Shown piece by piece: positions 29,775 to 39,062 of a stretch of 56,571 nt of DNA. The position numbers and the translations under genes are program-made. The notes below the pieces were generated by a model. That model worked only from the letters and a program-made list of their open reading frames with translations, did not search any database and was not told where the DNA came from. Source of the DNA: a virus (lineage: Duplodnaviria; Caudoviricetes); IMG/VR virus record IMGVR_UViG_3300042914_004203, positions 1 to 56,571 of that record; one strand, given 5' to 3'. How positions within the stretch are numbered: the stretch's first letter is position 1; each line of letters opens with the position of its first letter.

Positions 29775-30380
29775 TTATATCAATGGAGTTTTATTTATAT
29801 TTGTTCTTTCCCAAGCGATATATCTTGGGGTTTGTGAATATACATTAACATCACCTACATAAGCTTGGTCATTTAAACTTCCACCATCGCCAGCGTCTTG
29901 ATATGTACAACCAGCTAAAATAAAATTAAAACTAGAATCACTTGCTGCATTACTACCATACTTTACATAAAGTGTGCCTGTGGATAAATTTTGTACAAAT
30001 AATTCTCTGCGATAGATGTTATAATCTAAAATCTTAGTATTAGATGTACCAATTGTATAATTACTAATACCAGTGCTTTGTTCTGGGAAACTAGTAACTG
30101 CATCAAATTGCTGACTAAGATCTGCTTGGAATACAATTGTACCTTGAACGCCTGCTGGGTATGGATCACCAGTGATAAATAATTTTCCATCAATACTTGT
30201 TGTTTCCGCTAAAATTCCGCTTAAATATAAATTTGGTCCTGTTCCTGCAGCGCCAGTTAAAATATCTTCGATACTGTCTAATTTTGTCCAATCTAATCCT
30301 TTAAACCCTGTAAATCCAGGTTCTTCTGTATAAACTTCAACTACGTTTTTATTAAAATTACGGTCGTAAACATTGGCCAT
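29775..30380 (-). CDS. Putative structural protein, partial paralogue of 30425-32056
   Basis: Shares NKNVVEVYTEEPGFTGFKGLDW and KLFITGDPYPAGVQGTIVFQADL with the neighbouring gene. Confidence 0.65.
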   Translation of the reverse strand: MANVYDRNFNKNVVEVYTEEPGFTGFKGLDWTKLDSIEDILTGAAGTGPNLYLSGILAETTSIDGKLFITGDPYPAGVQGTIVFQADLSQQFDAVTSFPEQSTGISNYTIGTSNTKILDYNIYRRELFVQNLSTGTLYVKYGSNAASDSSFNFILAGCTYQDAGDGGSLNDQAYVGDVNVYSQTPRYIAWERTNINKTPLI

Positions 30381-30424
30381 AGTAAATATAATTACACCTT
30401 AAAAATAAAAATATGTATTATAAA

Positions 30425-32056
30425 TTATCTAGTTTCTCGCCACTGAATTGAAGCAAAACTACTTGTAGGATATGTTCCAGCTGAATCAATTCCTGATGCA
30501 ACCATAACAAATATATTACTATCATTACTATCTATATTTTGACTAATGTAACCTCGTTTTGCGCTTCCGATAGCTGGATTAGATGATTGACTTGAAAATT
30601 TTCCTGCTCCTTGTCCACCAGCAATTACAAAACCATCGTTTATCATTATCCCACTTGTATAATTTACGCTAGTAGCGGTAGCATTATACTCTACAACGCT
30701 CTCATTATTTGAGCTAATCCAATTTCCGCCAATAAGTGATCCTGTGCTTGGTAAACGCCAAAATTCATAAACTATAGGAGCGCCTAATGTAGCTGCATTT
30801 ACATTAAGTGGTCTAACAACGCTTCTATTTGGTTTTCCATAGTAACCAGTTTTTAATGCAATCGCTAATATTGGCACTTTTGATGTTTCATTTACTGCTA
30901 TTGGATTATTATTTCTTGCGCTAAAATCAACGCCCGCTTCATTATAACCACCTTCACTAATAACTGTAGCACAAATTTGATCCATCTTATCTGTTCCAAC
31001 TGCTGTAGTATAATTTCTTACTTCACAACGAATAGGTAAATTTGGATTGCTCCAATAAACGCTTTGTTTATAATTGCTATTGTAAAATTCATGAGCTATT
31101 ATGGAATTACCATCATGTACAAATCCTGCTCTTACTCTACCAACTCCTAACCATTGATAGTCTGCAGTAAATAATTGTGTTTTTGTTATATCTAAATTAA
31201 ATTGAGAAGTTCCATTTCCATTGCATTGATCTGTATTCCAATTATTTTGAGTAACTCTTTGATCATATACAAATCCAGATACATTAGATCTTAAAACAAA
31301 AGATAAAGTGCCATCTCCACTTTGTTCAAAGAATATACCATTATAATCATCAAAAAGACCAATTCTTTTACTTGTGCCAGCTCTATATCCTGTAAAATTA
31401 AAACTTTGAAAAGTTAATTGACTTTTTCCAGGCATGTAGTGATGATACATTCTACTTTGATGAATAGTATAAGCATTTGGTTCTGTTCCTACTGTGAGTA
31501 TTGCTTTTGCTTGATTTATATCAAAAGTTACTGATGAATTTGTTCCACTTGTTTTAGTAAGAAGTTCTATTTCTTCTCCATAAACATGAGAATAGTCAGC
31601 AAGAGTAAATGGATTAGAAATTCTTTGTCTACCAAATGCATCAACATAAGCTGATTGAGATGCAAAATTTGTTACATTAACATCTACCCCATCTGCTAGA
31701 TTATTTTTAATTGAATTTATGTTACTTCCAGCTTCACCACTAATATCAACATTATCAAATTGAGAAGTTAAATCTGCTTGAAAAACTATAGTACCTTGAA
31801 CACCAGCAGGATAAGGATCTCCAGTTATAAAGAGTTTGTCGTCAACGCTATTTGTATCATTTTTGATGCCACTTAAAATTGAATTTGTAGTAGTAAGATT
31901 TACATCAAGACCAGAGATTACTACTCCTTGTCTTAAAATATTTTCAACATCATCTAATTTATTCCAATCTAAACCTTTGAATCCAGTAAAACCTGGTTCT
32001 TCTGTATAAACCTCAACAACATTTTTATTAAAATTTGGATCGTAGATGTTAGACAT
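30425..32056 (-). CDS. Putative structural protein
   Basis: DAFGRQRISNPFTL, YMPGKSQ and WLGVGRVRAGF motifs recognised from large-phage virion proteins. Confidence 0.65.
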   Translation of the reverse strand: MSNIYDPNFNKNVVEVYTEEPGFTGFKGLDWNKLDDVENILRQGVVISGLDVNLTTTNSILSGIKNDTNSVDDKLFITGDPYPAGVQGTIVFQADLTSQFDNVDISGEAGSNINSIKNNLADGVDVNVTNFASQSAYVDAFGRQRISNPFTLADYSHVYGEEIELLTKTSGTNSSVTFDINQAKAILTVGTEPNAYTIHQSRMYHHYMPGKSQLTFQSFNFTGYRAGTSKRIGLFDDYNGIFFEQSGDGTLSFVLRSNVSGFVYDQRVTQNNWNTDQCNGNGTSQFNLDITKTQLFTADYQWLGVGRVRAGFVHDGNSIIAHEFYNSNYKQSVYWSNPNLPIRCEVRNYTTAVGTDKMDQICATVISEGGYNEAGVDFSARNNNPIAVNETSKVPILAIALKTGYYGKPNRSVVRPLNVNAATLGAPIVYEFWRLPSTGSLIGGNWISSNNESVVEYNATATSVNYTSGIMINDGFVIAGGQGAGKFSSQSSNPAIGSAKRGYISQNIDSNDSNIFVMVASGIDSAGTYPTSSFASIQWRETR

Positions 32057-32061
32057 ATAGA

Positions 32062-32349
32062 TTAATTTGTGTGATAAATGATAGAAACCAATCCTGAAGT
32101 TTCTACATAAAGATCATCTCCTCCACAATTTACTGTTGCTGGAAGATTATAATTACCTGCTCCAACATATAATACTACTGTGCCAGATGCGTCTTTTATT
32201 TTAAATGTAGAATTTGCTGTGCAACTAATTCCAAGAAGATAAATATTCTTTCCATCTCCTGGAGAACTTAAAATAACACCATTTCCACTTCTATTGGCAG
32301 ATAAAGCTTCAGCTTCGAATCCCGTGTCTCTAAAGAAGTACTTTGGCAT
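32062..32349 (-). CDS. Small beta-rich protein
   Basis: 95-aa ORF with GTGTAA 9 nt upstream. Confidence 0.6.
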   Translation of the reverse strand: MPKYFFRDTGFEAEALSANRSGNGVILSSPGDGKNIYLLGISCTANSTFKIKDASGTVVLYVGAGNYNLPATVNCGGDDLYVETSGLVSIIYHTN

Positions 32350-32365
32350 ATAAAGCTATTACACT

Positions 32366-33097
32366 TTATTTCTTATTATCTAATTGTTCAAATTTTTCAA
32401 TTATATAAGCTAAAATATCATTACGCATAATATCATCTGTACCAAATTTAAAAGTCATTATGCCTTTATCAGAACTTTTCTTATCATCAAATAGATCATA
32501 TATCTTTTCAAAACCACTATTTTTAATATCAGATTGGCGAATGTCGCCAATTAATATAAGTTTACTAAATTTACCCATTCTAGTAGTAATTAATAAGAGA
32601 TCATGTATGCTTAAATTCTGTGCTTCATCGCATATAATATAACTAGCATTTATACTTAAGCCTCTAAGAAATCCTACTGGTAAACCTTTGACTCTTTCCT
32701 CTTTTAACAATCTTTCAACTTGTCCCTTGGGTAATAATTCATGTAATTTATCCATAAGTGGTTGAAGATAAGGGTCTAGTTTACTATGAAGATCTCCTTT
32801 AAGAAAGCCAAGGTTATGAGTTGAACTTTCTACTGGGTTACGAATATAAAAAATTTCACCGATCTTCTTTTCATTTAAAGCTTTTAATGCTGCGTATACT
32901 GAAAGAAGACTTTTGGCTGTTCCTGCTGGACCTTTACAAAATACGATTTTTGTTTCTTTTGAAAGAAGAAGTTGTATAAATTTCTTTTGGTTATCTGTCC
33001 ATTGTAATTCACGAATATCCAAGAACCCTTCAATTTTGTCTCTTTGAGGTACTACTGGTGATTTATCTTCTATCTTACGTTTATTTTTTTTAGACAT
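32366..33097 (-). CDS. phoH: PhoH-family ATPase
   Basis: GPAGTAKS, LGFLKGD, FLRG, DEAQN, TRMG and GDIRQSD motifs. Confidence 0.92.
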   Translation of the reverse strand: MSKKNKRKIEDKSPVVPQRDKIEGFLDIRELQWTDNQKKFIQLLLSKETKIVFCKGPAGTAKSLLSVYAALKALNEKKIGEIFYIRNPVESSTHNLGFLKGDLHSKLDPYLQPLMDKLHELLPKGQVERLLKEERVKGLPVGFLRGLSINASYIICDEAQNLSIHDLLLITTRMGKFSKLILIGDIRQSDIKNSGFEKIYDLFDDKKSSDKGIMTFKFGTDDIMRNDILAYIIEKFEQLDNKK

Positions 33098-33164
33098 TCT
33101 AGCTTACCTATTTAATTACACCCGTATTGTATTAATTTTAATTATTTTTAATTTTTATTAAAAA

Positions 33165-33449
33165 TTAAACTAGAGCGTAACCTTTTTTAAATTTTAGATT
33201 TAATTCAAAAGGATTTACTGCTACTCCACGATCAAATCTTTTAATAAAACTTGTTGCTTCTTCTGGCATCTTTGCAACAAATATTTTTTCATCAATTTTT
33301 AATGTTACATGACTTGGAAGCACAGAAACTTCTTCTATCTTTTTCTTCATTTTGCTTTTGATTGCGCGAGCGATGGCGCAATTTTGTGGATTAGCTTTTT
33401 CGCCCTCAAGTATATTTTTATCTGTTATTTTGAATTTTAGTTGTTTCAT
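33165..33449 (-). CDS. Hypothetical protein
   Basis: 94-aa ORF overlapping the upstream stop codon; CAIARAI motif. Confidence 0.6.
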   Translation of the reverse strand: MKQLKFKITDKNILEGEKANPQNCAIARAIKSKMKKKIEEVSVLPSHVTLKIDEKIFVAKMPEEATSFIKRFDRGVAVNPFELNLKFKKGYALV

Positions 33450-34096
33450 TTAGTTTCTCCGTTTATTTGTTTTACACCATATTCATAATTGTCAGAATCT
33501 TCTGTTACCCACTTAGGACAGTTTTCGACGCTATAAATATGACTATTGACTTTTCTTTCAATAAGATTTTGGCCTTGTTTTGTAACAAAATTTGGATCAT
33601 ATAATCTTAATCTATTATTTGGTTGGATAGCAAAATTGCCATTATCTAGTTGAAGTACATGTCCACACTTATGTTGACCTGGACTTTCGCTAAATCCAAA
33701 GTTAAGTTCATTAAAATCACTATGTGCCCAATCTAATGTAAAAAGATAAGTTCCAAAATATTCTTTGCCATTACGCGAAAGAAATTTTAATTTTTTATTT
33801 TGAAGTATTGAAAATTTAGTTACTGCAATATGATAGCTAAAACTATCCCAAAGTTCTAATTCATGAAGATCTTGTTCTGGTATTCCTTCTTTCGTGCAGA
33901 ATGCGCTAATTGGTGCATGCCACCAAATCCCGCCATCTTCCATAATAAAATTAAAAAGAGGAACTTGAGATGGTAAAGATGTTACTCCAAATATTAACGC
34001 TTGAAAATATTTATCATGGCTATCTTTTTGATTTCTTAAATAATTTCCTCTTACATAACACTCTATTGGAGGAATATTTGCGTTAAGAAAAGCCAT
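33446..34096 (-). CDS. Conserved hypothetical phage protein
   Basis: LNANIPP, LELWD, YLFTLDW, HKCGH and GNFAIQPNNR motifs common in aquatic phages. Confidence 0.7.
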   Translation of the reverse strand: MAFLNANIPPIECYVRGNYLRNQKDSHDKYFQALIFGVTSLPSQVPLFNFIMEDGGIWWHAPISAFCTKEGIPEQDLHELELWDSFSYHIAVTKFSILQNKKLKFLSRNGKEYFGTYLFTLDWAHSDFNELNFGFSESPGQHKCGHVLQLDNGNFAIQPNNRLRLYDPNFVTKQGQNLIERKVNSHIYSVENCPKWVTEDSDNYEYGVKQINGETK

Positions 34097-34105
34097 TTTT
34101 AATTT

Positions 34106-34126
34106 TTACACTCTTTTAAGGTGTAA
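34106..34126. promoter_or_regulatory. Back-to-back pair of GTGTAA putative late-promoter motifs
   Basis: TTACAC (34106-34111) lies 9 nt before the minus-strand ATG at 34096 and GTGTAA (34121-34126) lies 14 nt before the plus-strand ATG at 34141; the same motif precedes about 16 other genes. Confidence 0.7.
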
Positions 34127-34140
34127 TATACTTTATATTT

Positions 34141-35409
34141 ATGCCATTATCAGGAAAACAACATACGTTAATAGGAAGAACCGTACAAGGTAAACCTATA
34201 TTTTATATTCCTAGCGCTGTTGGAAGCTTACTTTTTAATAATTCAAATCAATTTTTACAATTTCCAAGAGAAGGAGTAATAAGTCTTACAGATGGGGCTT
34301 CTCCTTTTACTATAGAAGCATGGATAAAACCTACATCAATAAGAAATCCTAGTCCTGGTGATTACGGAAATATAATTATTGGAGATACTGAAAGTGGTGG
34401 AAATAACTGGTCATTGCAATTATTAAATAATAAAGTATCATTTTATAGCTATAGCACCGACTTCGGCGGTACTTTTTTTAATTCAAATAGCGAAATACAA
34501 TTAAATGAATGGACACATGTTGCTGTTTCGTATAATGCTCTAGAATCTATATTGTCTATTTTTATTAATGGAGTATCGGATGCAACTTTTGGTGAGTATT
34601 ATCCACCTAATAATCAATTTAGTGTTATAACAATTGGTAATCTTTTTAATACAGGTAGTACTCCTTGGAGTAATGGAGATTATGCTTATCAAGGATACAT
34701 AACAAACTTGAGAATTAATGACGATCAATATTTTTATGAATTCGTGAGTCCATTTGAACCCACAGCCCCTTTGGGATATATATCTGGTACAACTCTAATA
34801 TTATTAGCTAATCAAAATGAACCAACAAAAGATTCTAGTCCTGGAAATGTTACTATAACTAATGTAGGATCTGTAACTTATAGTTCTCAATATCCAACTG
34901 TTGCTGACTGCGCTAATAATGATGCTAAAGTTCTAATGGTGGGATGGTTTATTGGACCAGTATCTTTACCACGAGCTTTAACTCGTGAAAACGAAAATCT
35001 TTATACTTATTTTGATGAAACATTATCTAGGGCGAATACTTCTAGTCCATGGATTTATGCTAATCTTGGAACTCCCCTCGCAACATCATTAACTGTTTCG
35101 CAATTTCCTTGGCAAGCTGCGTGGCCATCTCCTTTTACAGCTACTAAAGCTTGTGCGGCTTTTATAAATCAAATTATTATTTCTAATGGCACATATGCAG
35201 CAGCAAATAGTACTTATACAAGAAATCAATCTAATCTTGCTTTTACTAGAGCAGATGGACAAGGATCTATTTTTTGGAATGGATCTGAATGGTATATATT
35301 CTCTGCAGATATAGGAAATGTAGCAGTAAATTATCTTAATCTAGATGTTAATAGTTGGGAACCGCATCCTCCTGGAAATTCTTCTAATATTATAGCAGTT
35401 AATACTTAA
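34141..35409 (+). CDS. LamG/concanavalin-A-like domain protein, probably virion-associated
   Basis: FTIEAWIKP, WTHVAVSY, IFINGV, YQGYITNLRI and DSS motifs. Confidence 0.8.
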   Translation: MPLSGKQHTLIGRTVQGKPIFYIPSAVGSLLFNNSNQFLQFPREGVISLTDGASPFTIEAWIKPTSIRNPSPGDYGNIIIGDTESGGNNWSLQLLNNKVSFYSYSTDFGGTFFNSNSEIQLNEWTHVAVSYNALESILSIFINGVSDATFGEYYPPNNQFSVITIGNLFNTGSTPWSNGDYAYQGYITNLRINDDQYFYEFVSPFEPTAPLGYISGTTLILLANQNEPTKDSSPGNVTITNVGSVTYSSQYPTVADCANNDAKVLMVGWFIGPVSLPRALTRENENLYTYFDETLSRANTSSPWIYANLGTPLATSLTVSQFPWQAAWPSPFTATKACAAFINQIIISNGTYAAANSTYTRNQSNLAFTRADGQGSIFWNGSEWYIFSADIGNVAVNYLNLDVNSWEPHPPGNSSNIIAVNT

Positions 35410-35767
35410 TTTAAAAGCATATAGTAAAAAACACTTTATAGCAAAAATAGCCCAGCGGAAATTTTCACCTTTGAGGATATGTTATTGTATTGAATTTTAA
35501 TAGATTTCTAAAAAAGGGTAGGGGGTTATATAAGATAGATAACATAGTAATATAAGCTTAATATTAGCCTTTTCTTTGTATTATTTAAATAAGGTTTATA
35601 GCATAGATAAGAATAGATAGGATAAGATAAATAAGTAATATATTAAAATAGTGTGGAGATTGAAGATAGTACCCCCTCGACACATTTGCAACTCGCGTTC
35701 TTCTGATTTTTTCAAAAATGGGGTGGCCATATGCAAAATAAAAGGGGATAGGGTAGCCCCAAAGTCC

Positions 35768-35794
35768 TAAGTTGTTGATAATCAATGAAATTTA
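35768..35794. repeat. Palindromic element E1 (single dyad)
   Basis: TAAGTTGTTGA-TAA-TCAATGAAATTTA, 15 nt before a TTGCAG -35 box. Confidence 0.7.
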
Positions 35795-35843
35795 AATGCA
35801 AAAAAACCCTTGCAGAAATCCTATTCTGTGATAGATTAAGAGT

Positions 35844-36017
35844 ATGAAAGTTAAAGCAAACATCAAGTTCGACCTGAACGAAACCATCCGCAGACTCAAC
35901 GCTATCGCAGAAGGCTACAAAGCCTCTGCTCAACGCCTCGACAACATCGTGGCAGAAGCCCAAGCGAAGAAGGACGAAGCCCATCAGAAGTATATGGGTG
36001 AACCCATCATCAAATAA
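35844..36017 (+). CDS. Small coiled-coil protein (57 aa, not in the ORF track), paralogue of 37578-37723
   Basis: MKVKANIKFDLNETIRRLNAIAEGYKASAQRL...; preceded by TTGCAG-N16-TAGATT-N6-ATG. Confidence 0.75.
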   Translation: MKVKANIKFDLNETIRRLNAIAEGYKASAQRLDNIVAEAQAKKDEAHQKYMGEPIIK

Positions 36018-36058
36018 ATTACTTGACGAAAATCGAACCAAAGGACAAACTAGATCAT

Positions 36059-36478
36059 ATGAAAAACCAAATCACCATCACCAAACAACCCTTCGGCAAC
36101 ACTACCGCTTTCCTCTTGGAAGGCGATAAGAACCACATCGAGAATTTTCACAACGCTATGTATAACCATAGTGCAACCAATGGCGAGTTGCACGATATGG
36201 GCAACGGCAAGGCGTTCTACTTCTACGCACAACCCGAGGCTGTGCTGGAAGCGATGACCAAAGTGGCTCTCTATGCTCTATGCAATAAGATCAAAGCTAA
36301 AGGGATGAAGGGTGGACTTCTCGCCCTTGCAAAGCAGAAGGCACAAGACAAGTTCGATGCGATTAAGGATGGGCGATTCCTTCGCACCAGCATCAGCACC
36401 GATGTCTTTAACCTTGGAAGCATCACCGCAGAGAAGCCTAGCGACTACTGCGGAGCCATCAGCAGCGGGAGAGATTAA
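36059..36478 (+). CDS. Hypothetical protein, family A copy 1
   Basis: Start moved to ATG 36059 because the track's TTG start at 36023 is the -35 box; similar to 38678 and 42594. Confidence 0.75.
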   Translation: MKNQITITKQPFGNTTAFLLEGDKNHIENFHNAMYNHSATNGELHDMGNGKAFYFYAQPEAVLEAMTKVALYALCNKIKAKGMKGGLLALAKQKAQDKFDAIKDGRFLRTSISTDVFNLGSITAEKPSDYCGAISSGRD

Positions 36479-36855
36479 TGACCGCAGAGATTCTTGTTAT
36501 AGCTTTGACCATCCTAGGTGAAGCACGAGGCGAAGGCTTTGAGGGAATGGCGGGTGTTGCGTCTGTCATTCAGACACGAGCCATCGAGCGAAAGCAAACA
36601 CCTACACAAGTCTGCCTTGCACCAAAGCAGTTCAGCTTCTGGAATGGTGGAGTGAGTGAGGCAAAGAAGCAGGAGCTTCTAAAGAACCCACAAGCACCCA
36701 ACGCCATCCGTCTTGCTAAACTTGTAGCAGAGAAACGAATGCCCGATGTTGTGCAGGGAGCAAACCACTACCACACCTTCCAAGTGTCGCCTAAGTGGTC
36801 AAAGGGTGAGAAGCCCATAGCAGTCATTCAGAATCACAAGTTTTACCGTTTGTAA
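36478..36855 (+). CDS. Cell wall hydrolase, SleB/Hydrolase_2 family
   Basis: ALTILGEARGE, VASVI..R, QFSFWN, GANHYH and HKFY motifs. Confidence 0.85.
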   Translation: MTAEILVIALTILGEARGEGFEGMAGVASVIQTRAIERKQTPTQVCLAPKQFSFWNGGVSEAKKQELLKNPQAPNAIRLAKLVAEKRMPDVVQGANHYHTFQVSPKWSKGEKPIAVIQNHKFYRL

Positions 36856-36892
36856 GACTTGACAACAAAGAAAGGTATGATAAACTAAACAT

Positions 36893-37042
36893 ATGAATAA
36901 GACCATCAATAATGAAGAAGTAATCGAGTTAGCTAGCCGTCTAGTTAACATTATCAAAGAGCTAAACAATAACCGCTTCAGCAACACGGCTGGAGTTTAC
37001 CTTAACGAGTTGAGCGATCTACTCAAGACGAGGAGCATTTAA
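36893..37042 (+). CDS. Small hypothetical protein (49 aa, not in the ORF track)
   Basis: TTGACA-N16-TAAACT-N6-ATG; MNKTINNEEVIELASRL... Confidence 0.65.
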   Translation: MNKTINNEEVIELASRLVNIIKELNNNRFSNTAGVYLNELSDLLKTRSI

Positions 37043-37043
37043 C

Positions 37044-37424
37044 ATGATGGCGAGAGCAATACTCATTGACCCATTCACCGAAACAGTCTCACAGGTCACG
37101 CTTGTAGACACTAAACTTCAAACGCTAAAGAACCTCATCGAGTGCGAGATCATCACGATGACAGGTCTCGCTGATGGCGTGGACATGATTCTAGATGATG
37201 AAGGACTCTTGAAAGATTCAGAATCTCAAGCCTACTTCAAGTTCGGGATCGGTTCACAGCCTTTCGCTGGTAAAGCGTTGATCGTTGGAACAAACGACGA
37301 AGGCGAAACTGTTTCTGTCCCCGAAAATGTCACGACCGAAAAAGTTTTCGAGCGTGTGATCTTTTTCAAACCCTCAAAAAAATATCTCGAAGAATCTCTA
37401 GAAATAAAAGTGATGCCTTTTTAA
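37044..37424 (+). CDS. DUF3846-like protein
   Basis: AILIDP, DDEGLL and FAGKALIVG..DEGE motifs. Confidence 0.65.
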   Translation: MMARAILIDPFTETVSQVTLVDTKLQTLKNLIECEIITMTGLADGVDMILDDEGLLKDSESQAYFKFGIGSQPFAGKALIVGTNDEGETVSVPENVTTEKVFERVIFFKPSKKYLEESLEIKVMPF

Positions 37425-37434
37425 CCGCACTTCG

Positions 37435-37509
37435 TAAGTTGTTCAATACCAACGACTTACGCAGGGCGGGTCCCTTACGTTGTAACTCCTTGTCAATCAA
37501 CGAAATTTA
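37435..37509. repeat. Double-palindrome element E2
   Basis: Dyads at 37435-37459 and 37483-37509 with a 23-bp GC-rich spacer. Confidence 0.85.
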
Positions 37510-37577
37510 AATGAAGATTTTTCTTGCGAAAAATGAAAAATGTGATAGATTAAAGGTAGAAAGAAAGAAGAAAAAAA

Positions 37578-37723
37578 TGAAAACAAAAATCAAAATCAAA
37601 TTCGACATCAACGAAACAATCAAACGCCTTGAAGAAATTTCCAAAGGCTATCAAGAATCCGCAAAGCGGATGGAAAAAATCATCGTCAAAATGGACGAAA
37701 TCGAAACTCTTAAGAAAGGATAA
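37578..37723 (+). CDS. Small coiled-coil protein, paralogue of 35844-36017
   Basis: MKTKIKIKFDINETIKRLEEISKGYQESAKRM; TTGCGA-N16-TAGATT promoter upstream. Confidence 0.7.
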
Positions 37724-37727
37724 ATCG

Positions 37728-37931
37728 ATGAACATACAAATAAATCCAGAACTATACGAAAACAAAAACATCTGCCGATATGGTCACGACAAGTTGCTCG
37801 TGAAAATCTTCCCTTCCACTATCGGTTGGAAAACTAAAACCGCAACCGCTGAAATCCTCGAAGGAGAGGATAAGGGTAAGTGGACAACCATTTACCTTCG
37901 CAAAGGTTTGTATCCCGTTGATGCTCAATAA
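37728..37931 (+). CDS. Hypothetical protein
   Basis: ATG 4 nt after the previous stop, with AAAGGA upstream. Confidence 0.6.
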   Translation: MNIQINPELYENKNICRYGHDKLLVKIFPSTIGWKTKTATAEILEGEDKGKWTTIYLRKGLYPVDAQ

Positions 37932-37975
37932 GAAATAAAAGTTGACAAAATCAAAAAATCTGATAGGATAAAAGT

Positions 37976-38266
37976 ATGAAAGATAAGAACAAAACAATGC
38001 AACCCGAAATCGGAACCTTCTACCTCTTGACCTATGACAAGACCAAGACCCCTTGGCTTCCTAATGATGAAGTGCTTTTCGTTAAGGATAATGAAACCTT
38101 CATTAAAATCAGCATCAGTCAAGGTGCGGGATATAGCTCCCGATGGGATTGGGCAACCGAAAACGCTGTGACCATCACGAAGCTCGCAACGAATAAACAT
38201 CTCTTGGATCAACTCAACCTCTCGGTTGAAATTGGCAGAGACATCGCCAAAGCGGAAGGAGTCTAA
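37976..38266 (+). CDS. Hypothetical protein
   Basis: TTGACA-N16-TAGGAT-N6-ATG. Confidence 0.7.
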   Translation: MKDKNKTMQPEIGTFYLLTYDKTKTPWLPNDEVLFVKDNETFIKISISQGAGYSSRWDWATENAVTITKLATNKHLLDQLNLSVEIGRDIAKAEGV

Positions 38267-38269
38267 AAA

Positions 38270-38408
38270 GATGAAAAAAATTCTTTTCAAAATAAATAAA
38301 AAAACTTTTCGTCTCGCAGTTTCTCACGGCGAAAAGAAAAACTTTTTGCGTGAAAGATTTTTTTACTATGTTTCTGCGAGTTGCTTGAATCTACGAGACC
38401 TGTTATAA
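38270..38408 (+). CDS. Small basic hypothetical protein (approximate start)
   Basis: MKKILFKINKK... with GGAG upstream; the stop codon overlaps element E3. Confidence 0.4.
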
Positions 38409-38478
38409 GTCTCTAAGCATCAACGACTTACACGCGCAGGGAGGCGCTCTTTGTAAGTGCTTAATAATCAAGAACTTA
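38406..38478. repeat. Double-palindrome element E3
   Basis: Dyads at 38406-38430 and 38454-38478, 23-bp spacer. Confidence 0.85.
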
Positions 38479-38494
38479 TAAATCTTGATCTTTG

Positions 38495-38553
38495 ACCAAA
38501 ACCTGATGGAAGCGAAAAGATCGCAAACGATCTTAAACCAAAACCTGATGGAA
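38495..38553. repeat. 17-bp direct repeat between E3 and E4
   Basis: ACCAAAACCTGATGGAA at 38495-38511 and 38537-38553. Confidence 0.85.
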
Positions 38554-38564
38554 TGCAAAAAATC

Positions 38565-38637
38565 TAAATCTTTGAATATCAAATAGTTACATAAACAAGG
38601 CCCCCGCGCGCGCAAACCCTTGACTATCAACGACTTA
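38565..38637. repeat. Double-palindrome element E4
   Basis: Dyads at 38565-38589 and 38613-38637, 23-bp spacer; TTGACA follows 6 nt later. Confidence 0.8.
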
Positions 38638-38677
38638 CATCGCTTGACAATATATAAAAATCTGATATCCTCTTTTT

Positions 38678-39043
38678 ATGCAAAACAAAATAAGAATCTT
38701 TGCCGAACCTTTTGGCCCCAACCTCGCCTATTTGATTGAGGCAGATTTCGTATCTGCTGAAAGATTCTATAATGCTATTTATAATTTCGGCGGAACAAAT
38801 TACAAATTACAAGATCGTGGAAGCGGAAAAGCATTTTACTTTTATGCCGAACCAGCAAAGTTTCGCAGGGCTTTATCTCTCGCACTCGCCACGAATCTCG
38901 AATCATCTTTTGCTCAAGGCGATTGGAATTCTCACGCAGAAGCGTTGGCAGACCAAATAATTTCAGAAATAAAACCAGCAACTTTTGTAAGGCGTTGTCA
39001 TTCAATGGAATATTCTTATAGAAAATCTTTGACAGAATCATAA
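38678..39043 (+). CDS. Hypothetical protein, family A copy 2
   Basis: PFG, FYNAIYNFGGTN and GKAFYFYAEP match 36059; TTGACA-N16-TATCCT-N6-ATG. Confidence 0.75.
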   Translation: MQNKIRIFAEPFGPNLAYLIEADFVSAERFYNAIYNFGGTNYKLQDRGSGKAFYFYAEPAKFRRALSLALATNLESSFAQGDWNSHAEALADQIISEIKPATFVRRCHSMEYSYRKSLTES

Positions 39044-39062
39044 TCTGTGATACATTACCTAT

